From a virus, in the IMG/VR virus record IMGVR_UViG_3300046820_001062, positions 59,731-123,730 of that record: a stretch of 64,000 nt of DNA, one strand, 5' to 3'. The notes under the pieces were generated by a model, which had not been told where the DNA came from, searched no databases, and saw nothing but the letters and a program-made list of their open reading frames with translations. Every line of letters begins with the position of its first letter. Positions within the stretch are counted from its first letter, which is position 1. Positions 55,267 to 64,000 of the stretch are shown here, piece by piece. Both the position numbers and the translations under genes were made by a program.

Positions 55267-55992
55267 ATGGCAGAAAAAATTGCAATTGATCCAAAAGACA
55301 TCAGTTTTAAATTGGCAGAGTCATTGAAAGCATCAGGCTGGCACAACATCCTTAAAGGATTTTTGCTATCTGAAGACTTTGAAAAAGTAATCTTAGCACT
55401 AAAAGATCAGGTAGAAAATGATAAACGTTTTACTCCTCCTTTAAAGCAAGTGTTTAGGTCTTTTCAAAAATGTCCTGCTGATGAACTACAGGTTGTCTTT
55501 ATAGGGCAAGATCCCTATCCACAATTAAATGTAGCTGATGGTATTTCTTTTTCCTGTGGTAACACAATGAAGAAAGAAGCGTCCCTTCGTTACATTCACA
55601 ACGCAATTGCCAAAACTGTTTATCAAGACAAGGTACAAGCTAAAGACTTATCTGCAGATTTAACCCCATGGGCTAATCAGGGTATTCTTATGCTAAATAC
55701 TTCTCTTACAACAGAAATTGGCAAGATTGGCAAACATTTTAGTATATGGGAACCCTTTACTAATTATGTACTTGACATGATCAATTCTATGGATAAGTCA
55801 ATAATCTTTGTTTTCCTAGGTAAAAAAGCTCAGGAATATGAAGAACTTATTTCTGACAAACATGTTAAACTGTATGCTTCACATCCTGCATCTGCTGCAT
55901 ATCAAAAGCAACAAGAGTGGGACTGTAATGACATATTCAACAAGATTAATGAGGAAATTACTAAAAAAGGTGGTAAAAATATTACCTGGTAA
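55267..55992 (+). CDS. ung: Uracil-DNA glycosylase (family 1)
   Basis: IGQDPYP, ADGISFS, WANQGILMLNT.LT, HPAS. Confidence 0.93.
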   Translation: MAEKIAIDPKDISFKLAESLKASGWHNILKGFLLSEDFEKVILALKDQVENDKRFTPPLKQVFRSFQKCPADELQVVFIGQDPYPQLNVADGISFSCGNTMKKEASLRYIHNAIAKTVYQDKVQAKDLSADLTPWANQGILMLNTSLTTEIGKIGKHFSIWEPFTNYVLDMINSMDKSIIFVFLGKKAQEYEELISDKHVKLYASHPASAAYQKQQEWDCNDIFNKINEEITKKGGKNITW

Positions 55993-56007
55993 TTTTTTAA
56001 TTTGCAA

Positions 56008-56038
56008 TTTGCAAATTGAGAATCTTTTTGTATATTTG
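56008..56038 (+). promoter_or_regulatory. Bacteroidota sigmaA promoter
   Basis: TTTG (56008-11) N19 TATATTTG (56031-38), a consensus match upstream of the helicase. Confidence 0.75.
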
Positions 56039-56069
56039 TAACCTATCGTAAACGCATAACGCAACGTAC

Positions 56070-57170
56070 ATGTTTAACTCAAAATCTGGGTTGTCTGCAG
56101 AGAGATCTGTAGTTGACCAGGGTGCTGGTGATGCACCTAAAACAACCTCACCACCTGTCCCTTATAGCAATCCTGTTACAAAACCAGCCAATCATCCACC
56201 CCATAGTAAAATATGGAAGCGTTATGGTGATCTTATGGCAGAAGGCGTTAACTATCTAGAACAACGCAAGTCAGGACGTGCTACATCACTCAAAACTCAA
56301 TGGAGTGGTTTTAATAAAATTGGTCTTAATGGATTAGAATGGCAATCACTTTATGTAGTTGGTGCTAGACCTGGTGTTGGCAAAACACTATTTGCATCTT
56401 CTATTACAAGAGATTTGCAAAGACTTAATCCAGAGCAAGATTTCTCAGTATTACATTTTCAGTTTGAGATGCTTGGTAGAAACATGGCAATTAGAGAACT
56501 ATCAAATGCTTCTAATCTAAATGTTAGGTACATTCAGTCTGCACAAGATGATGGATTACCAGCATTATCAGAAGCTGATTTCAAAAAACTTGCAGAGTAT
56601 GCAAGTAAGCAAACAGACAGACAAGAGTATGTGGTTGATACTGCTACTAATGTTGCGCAAATGCAAGAGATTATTGAGAAGTTTTATCATGAAACCAAAA
56701 AGCCATTCATTGTAACATTGGATCATACTCTTTTGATAAAGCAAGGTGCTTCTGAAACAAATAAGCAACAGACTTTAGAGAAGTTGGCCACTATGATGAC
56801 AATGATTAAGAATAGGTATCCTGTTATTTTTATTGTACTGACACAGTTAAACCGTGACATTGACAATGCTGAACGTCAAATTCCTGGGAAGTTATCTAAC
56901 TATCCTACAGAAGCTGATGTATTTGGTAGTGACTCTTTATTACAATGTGCGGATGTAATGATTGCAATGAATAGACCTGCAAAATATAACATTAGTTTGT
57001 ATGGTCCTAATCAATACATTATTGAACCATCTATGGAAAATTACCTAGCACTTCATGTATTGAAGAATCGTTTTGGTGATGTAAGTGTACAATGGTATTA
57101 TGCCAATTACAAAATAATGGGACTGGAAGAAGTTCCAGCACCTAGAATGAAACCAAAGAAAACATCTTAA
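56070..57170 (+). CDS. dnaB: DnaB-like replicative helicase
   Basis: GARPGVGKT, FEM, LDH..L, LTQLNR, D..GS..L.Q.AD, KNRFG. Confidence 0.9.
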   Translation: MFNSKSGLSAERSVVDQGAGDAPKTTSPPVPYSNPVTKPANHPPHSKIWKRYGDLMAEGVNYLEQRKSGRATSLKTQWSGFNKIGLNGLEWQSLYVVGARPGVGKTLFASSITRDLQRLNPEQDFSVLHFQFEMLGRNMAIRELSNASNLNVRYIQSAQDDGLPALSEADFKKLAEYASKQTDRQEYVVDTATNVAQMQEIIEKFYHETKKPFIVTLDHTLLIKQGASETNKQQTLEKLATMMTMIKNRYPVIFIVLTQLNRDIDNAERQIPGKLSNYPTEADVFGSDSLLQCADVMIAMNRPAKYNISLYGPNQYIIEPSMENYLALHVLKNRFGDVSVQWYYANYKIMGLEEVPAPRMKPKKTS

Positions 57171-57191
57171 TAATTAAAAACGCAAACGCAA

Positions 57192-57833
57192 ATGAGTAAC
57201 GCAACAGACAAACCCAAAAAGCATATCTCTGAGATCACTGCTGAGTACAAGCCTTTCTGGCAACCACTTTTTAAAGACTTAGGAATTGACAATCCAACAT
57301 TTGGAGCTAAGCTTTGCTATATGGGCAAAGAGTTCAGCAACGATGGCACACGCGAAGCATGTGTTAGATTTTTTCCAAGTGAACTTAATAGTGGTAATGA
57401 CTATTACACTGAACTATTTGACTGGGATCAGTATTACTTTACCCCTAATCATAGGACTTTGTACAAACTTCCTCACAATCCACATTGGAAAAGTGAACCT
57501 GAGAAGTATGTAGAAGTTCCATCTGACAAACTACCTACATCAACTTTTGCTGTTAGGTTGAGCGATCTTGAGATTGTAAACAAAAGTGACATTACAGCTA
57601 TCATTCCAACAGTTCATAAAGAAGCTGCTCCTGGAATGTTTAAGTCTTCTAATAACACATTGTTTGACAATTTAGAAGATCCATTTAATGAACAGTCTTT
57701 TGACGAGGCTTTTGCAGAAAAAGAAGACAATCACTATACATCGTTGACAATACGTGATTTGTATTGCATGATACAAAATGTGCCAATGTCTAACAAAAAA
57801 TGGTTAAATCAATTAATTTCTAAAAACAAGTAA
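57192..57833 (+). CDS. Conserved hypothetical replication-module protein
   Basis: 213 aa between DnaB and the AAA ATPase. Confidence 0.65.
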   Translation: MSNATDKPKKHISEITAEYKPFWQPLFKDLGIDNPTFGAKLCYMGKEFSNDGTREACVRFFPSELNSGNDYYTELFDWDQYYFTPNHRTLYKLPHNPHWKSEPEKYVEVPSDKLPTSTFAVRLSDLEIVNKSDITAIIPTVHKEAAPGMFKSSNNTLFDNLEDPFNEQSFDEAFAEKEDNHYTSLTIRDLYCMIQNVPMSNKKWLNQLISKNK

Positions 57834-57837
57834 ACAA

Positions 57838-58593
57838 ATGGCAGAATCAACTGAATTTGTCCTTCCCACAAAAATTGTGAAGGCAACAACAAAAAGTCCA
57901 AAGAACATGATTATCTTCAGTAAGCCTAAAGTTGGAAAAACAACTTTGCTGGCCCAACTTGATAACTGTTTGATCATTGACTTGGAGAGTGGTACTGACT
58001 ATGTAGATGCTTTGAAGGTTAAGGCAAACAGCGTTGCTGATATTGCTAAGATTGGTAAAGCAATTACAGATGCAGGAAAACCCTACAAGTACATTGCTGT
58101 AGACACAATCACAGCATTAGAAGAAATGTGTATTCCATACGCAGAAGAACTTTATTCTAAAAGTGCAATGGGTAAATCTTGGTTTACCAAAGGCAAAGCA
58201 GAGTATGGTTCTATCCTCAACATGGCTAATGGTGCTGGTTATCCTTGGTTACGTCAAGCATTTGAGAAAATTGTTGACTACATCAAGACACTTGCTCCAC
58301 ATGTTATTCTTGTGGGACACATTAAAGATACACTTCTTGAGAAGAATGGTGCAGAGTTTAATGCTTTGGATCTTGACTTGACAGGTAAGTTAAAGCGTAT
58401 CACAACTTCTAACTCTGATGCTATTGGATATTTGTATCGCAAAGGAAATCAGAATATTTTGAGTTTCAAAACTACTGATGAGATTGCTTGTGGTGCACGT
58501 CCAGAGCATTTAAGAAATGCAGAAATTGTAGTTTCTCAAGTAAACGAAGATGGTTCTGTCACAACCTCATGGGACAAAGTATTCATTGACTAA
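57838..58593 (+). CDS. Sak4-like/AAA_24 P-loop ATPase (single-strand annealing)
   Basis: SKPKVGKTT, IDLESG, VDTIT.LE, LVGH, D.IGY. Confidence 0.8.
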   Translation: MAESTEFVLPTKIVKATTKSPKNMIIFSKPKVGKTTLLAQLDNCLIIDLESGTDYVDALKVKANSVADIAKIGKAITDAGKPYKYIAVDTITALEEMCIPYAEELYSKSAMGKSWFTKGKAEYGSILNMANGAGYPWLRQAFEKIVDYIKTLAPHVILVGHIKDTLLEKNGAEFNALDLDLTGKLKRITTSNSDAIGYLYRKGNQNILSFKTTDEIACGARPEHLRNAEIVVSQVNEDGSVTTSWDKVFID

Positions 58594-58626
58594 TTAAATA
58601 AGTAAAACAATTAAAATCAAACAAAT

Positions 58627-59421
58627 ATGTTTAAATCTAGTAATTTTAACCCAAATGCAGGTGCTAATGCACCAAAAATCCTTACTCCAGGAACACACGT
58701 ATGTCGCGTAGTTGACATCAAACTTGACATGCCTCCTTACAAAAAAGATGCATACTTCGTAGTTGTAACACTTGAAGGTCCAGAGCGTCCTGATTTTGTT
58801 GGACTACCTATTGACAAGATGAATCCTGCTTTAGGAAACTACAAAGGACAGATTGGTAATGTACGCAATGGACGTTATCCTTTCAGTGACTACACTTACA
58901 ATGGCACAGAAATCAAACGTGATGAGCAAATCTTCCGTTGGATTAACAACTTGGCTAAACAACTTAACTTGTTTAACGCAATGAATGCTGGTGACGGTAT
59001 CTCTGCTTCTACAATTGAAGAGTATGTTGATGCTGTACGTAGCTTCATTATAAAGAATAGTCCTTTTGCTAGCTTTACAATTGGTGGTCAAGAGTACTTT
59101 ACTGAGGGTTATGACAAAGCTAATTACCGTTTATTCTTCCCTAAACAAGAAGGTGCTAATTTCCCTTACTCTGTATTGGAAGATGCTGAAGGTAACATGG
59201 TAAACTTTATTCAGTTTGATGCTGCTAAACACATCATTGTAAAAACTGAAGAAGCAGCTGCTCCTGTAAGTGAATTTGGTGGACAATCTACAAATGATAT
59301 GTTTAGTGTATCATCAGGAACCAATAGTAACAATGCTTTTGCTAATGCAACTGTAACAAATACATCTGCATTCCCAGAAATGCCTGCAGTAAGTAATGTT
59401 CCTGAAGGATTGAATCTGTAA
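58627..59421 (+). CDS. Putative single-stranded DNA-binding protein
   Basis: Follows the Sak4-like ATPase; LTPGTHVCRV beta pattern; disordered tail ending LNL. Confidence 0.5.
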   Translation: MFKSSNFNPNAGANAPKILTPGTHVCRVVDIKLDMPPYKKDAYFVVVTLEGPERPDFVGLPIDKMNPALGNYKGQIGNVRNGRYPFSDYTYNGTEIKRDEQIFRWINNLAKQLNLFNAMNAGDGISASTIEEYVDAVRSFIIKNSPFASFTIGGQEYFTEGYDKANYRLFFPKQEGANFPYSVLEDAEGNMVNFIQFDAAKHIIVKTEEAAAPVSEFGGQSTNDMFSVSSGTNSNNAFANATVTNTSAFPEMPAVSNVPEGLNL

Positions 59422-59439
59422 TTTCTGTTCATAATAATT

Positions 59440-59470
59440 AAGGGGGAGGATTATATTCTCCCCTTTTTTT
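59440..59470 (+). terminator. Intrinsic terminator
   Basis: AAGGGGGAGGA/TTCTCCCCTT followed by a T-run. Confidence 0.8.
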
Positions 59471-59485
59471 ATACTTTTGCAAACT

Positions 59486-60493
59486 ATGTTTTCATCTAAA
59501 CACCATATAACAGATATCAATACTATACCATCTGCTTGGATATTTGAAAACTATCTTGGTTTACCAGAAAAATTAACAGGACAAAGTGTTAGAATCAATA
59601 GTCTTTTCAATTTAAATGATAAGACTCCATCAATGTACATATATTATAATGCAGAGCATAAAGTGTATAAGTACAAGTGCTTTTCTACAGGAAAAGGTGG
59701 TGGTGCAATTGATTTAATGATGCACATGTGGGACCTGAATTTTGCTGATGCTTCTCACAGAGTGATTAAAGATTATGTAGACTATCTTAAAACAGGTAGA
59801 ATATGTGAAACAAGTATTACTCAACATTCAAAGTGGAAAGTAGACAAATGGCAAACCAGAGGCTGGAATGAAAATGACGCCAAGTTTTGGTCAGCATATA
59901 ACATATCAAGTAAGATTCTAAACAATTACAATGTGATTCCTTTGGACAGATATGTTATGCAGAAAGTATTGAATGACAAAGAAATAGAAGATGAATTCAC
60001 AGTAGTAAGTAAACATGTTTATGGTTATTTCACGCGTGATGGTATCCTCTATAAGATCTATCAGCCAATGAATAGAGAACGCAAGTTTATTAAGATTTGT
60101 GATTATATTCAAGGTTACGATCAGTTAGAGAAGAAACCAATTATTGTAATTGCTTCTTCACTAAAAGATTGCATGGCAATCAAGAGTATGGGCTTAAACA
60201 TTGACGTTATAGCACCAGACAGTGAGAACAGCATGCTGCATCCAGATGTAATCTTTGAACTCAAAGAAGAATATGAATCAGTAGTGACTGTTTTTGACAG
60301 CGATGACGCAGGAATAAAAGCAATGAAAGCTTATGAAGAAAAATATAAGCTACCATTTTGTTACTTACCACTAGAAAAAGACATTGCTGACATTGTCAAA
60401 ATCCATGGTGTAAAGAAAGCAATCTATGAGTTTGTTCCTAAGCTTGATAATGCCTGTGACAAATATGCAAAATTGCATTTAGATAATGATTAA
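59486..60493 (+). CDS. DNA primase (DnaG/TOPRIM, crAss-like)
   Basis: S.FN..DKTPS, SLKD.M, APDSE, FDSDDAG, KDIAD. Confidence 0.85.
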   Translation: MFSSKHHITDINTIPSAWIFENYLGLPEKLTGQSVRINSLFNLNDKTPSMYIYYNAEHKVYKYKCFSTGKGGGAIDLMMHMWDLNFADASHRVIKDYVDYLKTGRICETSITQHSKWKVDKWQTRGWNENDAKFWSAYNISSKILNNYNVIPLDRYVMQKVLNDKEIEDEFTVVSKHVYGYFTRDGILYKIYQPMNRERKFIKICDYIQGYDQLEKKPIIVIASSLKDCMAIKSMGLNIDVIAPDSENSMLHPDVIFELKEEYESVVTVFDSDDAGIKAMKAYEEKYKLPFCYLPLEKDIADIVKIHGVKKAIYEFVPKLDNACDKYAKLHLDND

Positions 60494-60528
60494 TTTCATT
60501 ATTTTTGTAGAACTTAACATTTTATTTT

Positions 60529-60981
60529 ATGACAAACTGGTATTACCCTTCACTTAAGAAGAAGGTATTAAAAGTTGAAGATATTCCCAATCATGAGGAA
60601 GTCATAGGCTTTATATACAGAATAACCAACTTAAAAACTGGTAAGTTTTACATTGGCCAAAAAAGTCTTTACCATAAGCGTAAGACTAGAATCTCCAAAA
60701 AGGAGAAAACACAAACAGGTACTAGAAAAATATTCAAGCAAACAGTCAAAGAATCTGATTGGATGACCTATTATGGTTCATCTGTAGATTTGAAAGATGA
60801 TGTTGCTAGAATGGGACCTGAAAATTTCAAAAGAGAAATCTTGGAAGTATGTTGTACTAAAAAGTATTTGAACTATTGTGAACTTTCACATCAAGTAAAA
60901 AATGATGTGCTGACTAGCAATAGTTATAATGGTAATATTTTAGGTAGATACTTTGCAAGAGATATGCAAAATTGTAAATGA
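60529..60981 (+). CDS. GIY-YIG endonuclease
   Basis: GFIY.ITN..TGKFYIG.K, Y.GSS, F.REIL, E, YN.NI. Confidence 0.8.
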   Translation: MTNWYYPSLKKKVLKVEDIPNHEEVIGFIYRITNLKTGKFYIGQKSLYHKRKTRISKKEKTQTGTRKIFKQTVKESDWMTYYGSSVDLKDDVARMGPENFKREILEVCCTKKYLNYCELSHQVKNDVLTSNSYNGNILGRYFARDMQNCK

Positions 60982-61163
60982 TGGAAGAATTAAAACAAGA
61001 GTTATTGAACGATGTGATATCAGAGATAACAGAAGCTATCAGATATGCTGATTATGAAGCATTAGAAGAGCTGCTTAATTTTGTACCAGTAACAAATTTA
61101 ATTGAGTATTTACCTGAAGAAGTTTGGGAAAAATATAAACCATTGAGAAATGAAAGTAACTAA
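60978..61163 (+). CDS. Small acidic hypothetical protein
   Basis: 61-aa coupled ORF. Confidence 0.55.
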   Translation: MMEELKQELLNDVISEITEAIRYADYEALEELLNFVPVTNLIEYLPEEVWEKYKPLRNESN

Positions 61164-62196
61164 ATTTACCACAGATGTTGCATTCGCAGAACGTATGCAA
61201 AAAGAAGAAGAGTTTTTTTCAAAGCCCTTCTTATTATCCTATTCAGGACTTAACAAATTATTGTTTAGCCCTGCTTTATTTTACAGTCACTATGTTTTAG
61301 GTCAGAGAGATGATATTGAAGACAAGAATATGGTTGAAGGTAAACTTATCCATTGTCTATTACTCAAACCTGAATCATTTGATGATGAGTTTGTTTTAAG
61401 TGCAGTAAATATTCCAAGTGATAATCCTAAAAAATTATTACAAACATTATTTGCTCACCACAAAGAACTAAAAAGTTCTGGTGATACAAGAGAAGAATTG
61501 CATGAATATAATGATGCAATCATTGACATTCTCACAGATATGAATTTGTATCAATCTCTGAAGACTGATGCACAACGTCTTGACAAAATTATTACTGAAG
61601 ATCATGTTGCCTATTGGGAGTATATGAAAAAAGCTGAAGGACGCACAGTAATTGATCATGACACTTATGCTTTTGCAACTTCTGTAGTTGATAAAATCAA
61701 AAGCAAACCAAATGTTATGGACGTTATGGGTTTCTTTGGTGACAGTTTCAATGGTGTTACAAAACAAAATGAGATTGAACTTGCAATGTTTGATGAAAAC
61801 TTCTTGTTTGGTCTTAGAGGATTTGTTGACAATTTAGTATTTGATAGTAATGCAAAAGAAATTAGAGTTAATGACTTGAAGAAAACTTCTAAAGACATTG
61901 GTTCTTTTACTGATAGCATTGAGTACTATCGTTACTGGATGCAAGCTGCTATGTACTACAAGATGGTAGAGAATGTATATTTGAGTAAACCTGAGTATGC
62001 AGACTACAAGATATCATTTAGATTTGTAGTTGTAGATCCTTACATGCAGATAGCACCAATTAAAGTTTCAGATGAGACCATGAAAGAATGGTTAGTTAAA
62101 ACAGATGAGATGTTACAAAGAGCTAATTTTCATTTTGAAAACAAATCCTTTGAACTTCCATATGAATTTTTAGTGAATGGCGAAATAGTATTATGA
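61150..62196 (+). CDS. PD-(D/E)XK exonuclease (RecE/ExoVIII-like)
   Basis: LSYS.L, G.L.HC.LL, E, RG.VD, DLKKT, Y..QAA.Y. Confidence 0.8.
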   Translation: MKVTKFTTDVAFAERMQKEEEFFSKPFLLSYSGLNKLLFSPALFYSHYVLGQRDDIEDKNMVEGKLIHCLLLKPESFDDEFVLSAVNIPSDNPKKLLQTLFAHHKELKSSGDTREELHEYNDAIIDILTDMNLYQSLKTDAQRLDKIITEDHVAYWEYMKKAEGRTVIDHDTYAFATSVVDKIKSKPNVMDVMGFFGDSFNGVTKQNEIELAMFDENFLFGLRGFVDNLVFDSNAKEIRVNDLKKTSKDIGSFTDSIEYYRYWMQAAMYYKMVENVYLSKPEYADYKISFRFVVVDPYMQIAPIKVSDETMKEWLVKTDEMLQRANFHFENKSFELPYEFLVNGEIVL

Positions 62197-62753
62197 TATC
62201 ACAGATATACAGCAAGTATTTCCAAAAGTCTATGACTTTCTTGTATCCACTATTAGGATTCAAAAAAGACAAGCATCCGCGTCCTCTCCAGACATATGTG
62301 TCTTGGAGCGGGACTGCGTATGGTACATCTTCAAGAAAACTAATCTGTGTATATGAGATAAAAAATACTGAAGATTGGAAAGTATTTGAAAGAGAGTACT
62401 TAATCACACACAAAATGTTAGACATGTGTGTGCCTCTTGACAATAACAAGATTGTATATATCTTTGATTTCAACTCTATGGCAAGTGATTATGATGCATT
62501 CTTGAATGGAAAGTATTCAGAATTTTCTCCCTTTGTAAAGAAGACACTTACTGACTATTATGGAGTACATACCCCAGAGTGGGTTTACATTGAATCTTTT
62601 TTATTTCCTACAAAGTATTTTAAACAGTATTCACAAATACTTGATGTGGAAGAAGATTTTTTAAGAAGTGTTGGCGAGTTATGCGACCACTATGACAAGA
62701 AAAAAGAAACCTTCACAGATAAATGTCCTGAAGGTGTAGAATGGATTAATTAA
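62193..62753 (+). CDS. Conserved hypothetical protein
   Basis: YFQKS..FLYP.LG, GKYS.F. Confidence 0.65.
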   Translation: MISQIYSKYFQKSMTFLYPLLGFKKDKHPRPLQTYVSWSGTAYGTSSRKLICVYEIKNTEDWKVFEREYLITHKMLDMCVPLDNNKIVYIFDFNSMASDYDAFLNGKYSEFSPFVKKTLTDYYGVHTPEWVYIESFLFPTKYFKQYSQILDVEEDFLRSVGELCDHYDKKKETFTDKCPEGVEWIN

Positions 62754-62779
62754 CAACTTAAATTTTTAATAAAAACCAA

Positions 62780-63172
62780 ATGCAAAAAGAAACCAAATGT
62801 ATGTTTGTGTACAGCACAGACTGGTATGGACGTAAGAGCTTCCGTATGTTGCCAATGTCCAGTGAATGTCCATTCAATGAGGTAATCTATGATCCAAACA
62901 CACGTGTGTTAGCTGTGATCAGTAAAGACAAAAAAGACAAACCTCAAATGTTACCTAAATTATCAGACAAAGGTCAAGTAATTCCTATGCGAGGCGTGGA
63001 AGGTCAACAGATTGTTGAAGAACGCAGAATCATGGAGACTTACTATGAGTACTACATTGATAACAAAAAAGACATTGAAAGATTTATTATGACTTTTGCA
63101 GTTAACACTGATCATGAAGCATTAAACATCATCAATGAACCTATTGACTTAGCCCCAGAAACTGAAATGTAA
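62780..63172 (+). CDS. Conserved hypothetical protein
   Basis: F...P....CPFNE.IYDP....LAVISK. Confidence 0.65.
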   Translation: MQKETKCMFVYSTDWYGRKSFRMLPMSSECPFNEVIYDPNTRVLAVISKDKKDKPQMLPKLSDKGQVIPMRGVEGQQIVEERRIMETYYEYYIDNKKDIERFIMTFAVNTDHEALNIINEPIDLAPETEM

Positions 63173-64000
63173 TGAGTAGACAGCGTAAATTTTGGATAAT
63201 GGACTATGAAACCATTGTCAATTGCTTTATTGCTGTTTTTCGCTCTTATGATTCTGATGAACAACACATATTTGTTATGGGTAAACACCGTAATGATATT
63301 CACTTGTACATCAAGTTTTTATTAGAGAATCAACAGTATAAAGATTGGCACTTTGGTTACAATAATCTTGCGTTTGACGCGCAAATAACAGAGCACATTC
63401 TTGAAAATTTAGACTTCTACTCTGGTTTACAGGGTGAAGAAATTGGAGCAAGAGTTTCTGCTTATGTAAAAACTATTATTGACAAATCTAATAGAGGTGA
63501 ATTCCTTGATTATCCAGAATTTAGACTGACTATTCCATGCCTTGATATTTTCAAGTTGAATCACTGGGACAGTAATGCAAAGCGTACTTCTCTTAAATGG
63601 GTTCAGTTCTCAATGGACTGGCACAATGTAGAAGAAATGCCTCACCCTCACTGGGAGAGAATTGAAGACCAAGCTACTTTAGACATGGTTATCAATTACT
63701 GTATCAATGACGTGTTGTCCACCAAAGAGATTTTTGTGCTTAGAAATCCAAAAGGTGAGCAGATAATGGCCAGCCAAATAAACTTGAGAGCTGAACTTAG
63801 TTCAACGTATGAGTTATCCTTGCACAGTGCTAGTGAACCAAGAATTAGTAAAGAGATGTTTTTACACTTCTTGAGCGAAAAGCTAGGCAAGAATAAGAAA
63901 GAGATTAAAGTAATGAAAACAGAAAGACCAACAGTCACTGTTAGAGATATTATTTTACCTTCTGTAAAGTTTCATACGCCAGAGTTTAATGCTGTACATA
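63172..64000 (+). CDS. DNA polymerase, N-terminal 3'-5' exonuclease domain (partial; absent from the ORF track)
   Basis: ATG overlaps the upstream stop; MSRQRKFWIMDYETIVNCF (ExoI), GYNNLAFDAQI (ExoII), YCINDV (ExoIII); open to the window end. Confidence 0.85.
   Translation, partial: MSRQRKFWIMDYETIVNCFIAVFRSYDSDEQHIFVMGKHRNDIHLYIKFLLENQQYKDWHFGYNNLAFDAQITEHILENLDFYSGLQGEEIGARVSAYVKTIIDKSNRGEFLDYPEFRLTIPCLDIFKLNHWDSNAKRTSLKWVQFSMDWHNVEEMPHPHWERIEDQATLDMVINYCINDVLSTKEIFVLRNPKGEQIMASQINLRAELSSTYELSLHSASEPRISKEMFLHFLSEKLGKNKKEIKVMKTERPTVTVRDIILPSVKFHTPEFNAVH

Noticed and set aside
1-64000. Stop-codon reassignment (known in some crAss-like phages)
   Set aside because: TerL, portal, MCP, helicases and primase are full-length under code 11, and genes pack tightly with TAA/TAG/TGA stops.
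1-64000. CRISPR array, DGR/retron RT, integrase, transposase, introns or inteins
   Set aside because: No regularly spaced repeats, RT, recombinase or splice motifs were seen by eye; core genes have normal lengths.

Overview
This window is a 64-kb interior slice of an AT-rich, tailed dsDNA bacteriophage with crAss-like (Crassvirales-type) organisation. The host is most likely a Bacteroidota species, based on TAnnTTTG promoter elements, A-rich leaders lacking Shine-Dalgarno sequences and the gene content. Standard code 11 reads all core genes. Positions ~1-29.4 kb (minus strand) are the late morphogenesis arm: a partial tail muzzle/stabilisation protein, ring proteins, HU/IHF-like proteins, four Cys-rich fibre-like proteins (one with two thrombospondin type-1 repeats), a ferritin-like protein, major capsid protein, scaffold-position protein, portal, large terminase, a PD-(D/E)XK nuclease, GroES and three tRNAs. 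A plus-strand island at 29.5-31.9 kb holds a PRTase-like protein, an acyl-CoA thioesterase and PhoH. The strand switches at ~32.4-32.7 kb, where there is a long hairpin and a four-G-tract element. From 32.7 kb to the end (plus strand) lie early/accessory genes (tandem paralogues, membrane proteins, a lipoprotein, tRNA-Leu, glucosaminidase, a MoxR AAA+/vWA pair, a phosphoesterase, a spore-photoproduct-lyase-like radical SAM enzyme and an uncharacterised conserved module). The replication module follows (dUTPase, SF2 helicase, UNG, DnaB, Sak4-like ATPase, SSB-like, primase, GIY-YIG, RecE-like nuclease, start of DNA polymerase). The best leads are several structured non-coding regions, including a ~254-nt candidate RNA closed by a tRNA/tmRNA-like acceptor stem ending ACCA, together with the TSP1-bearing Cys-rich appendage cluster, the SPL-like enzyme and the unknown 48-50.3 kb module. 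All family names come from motif recognition by eye; no searches were run.
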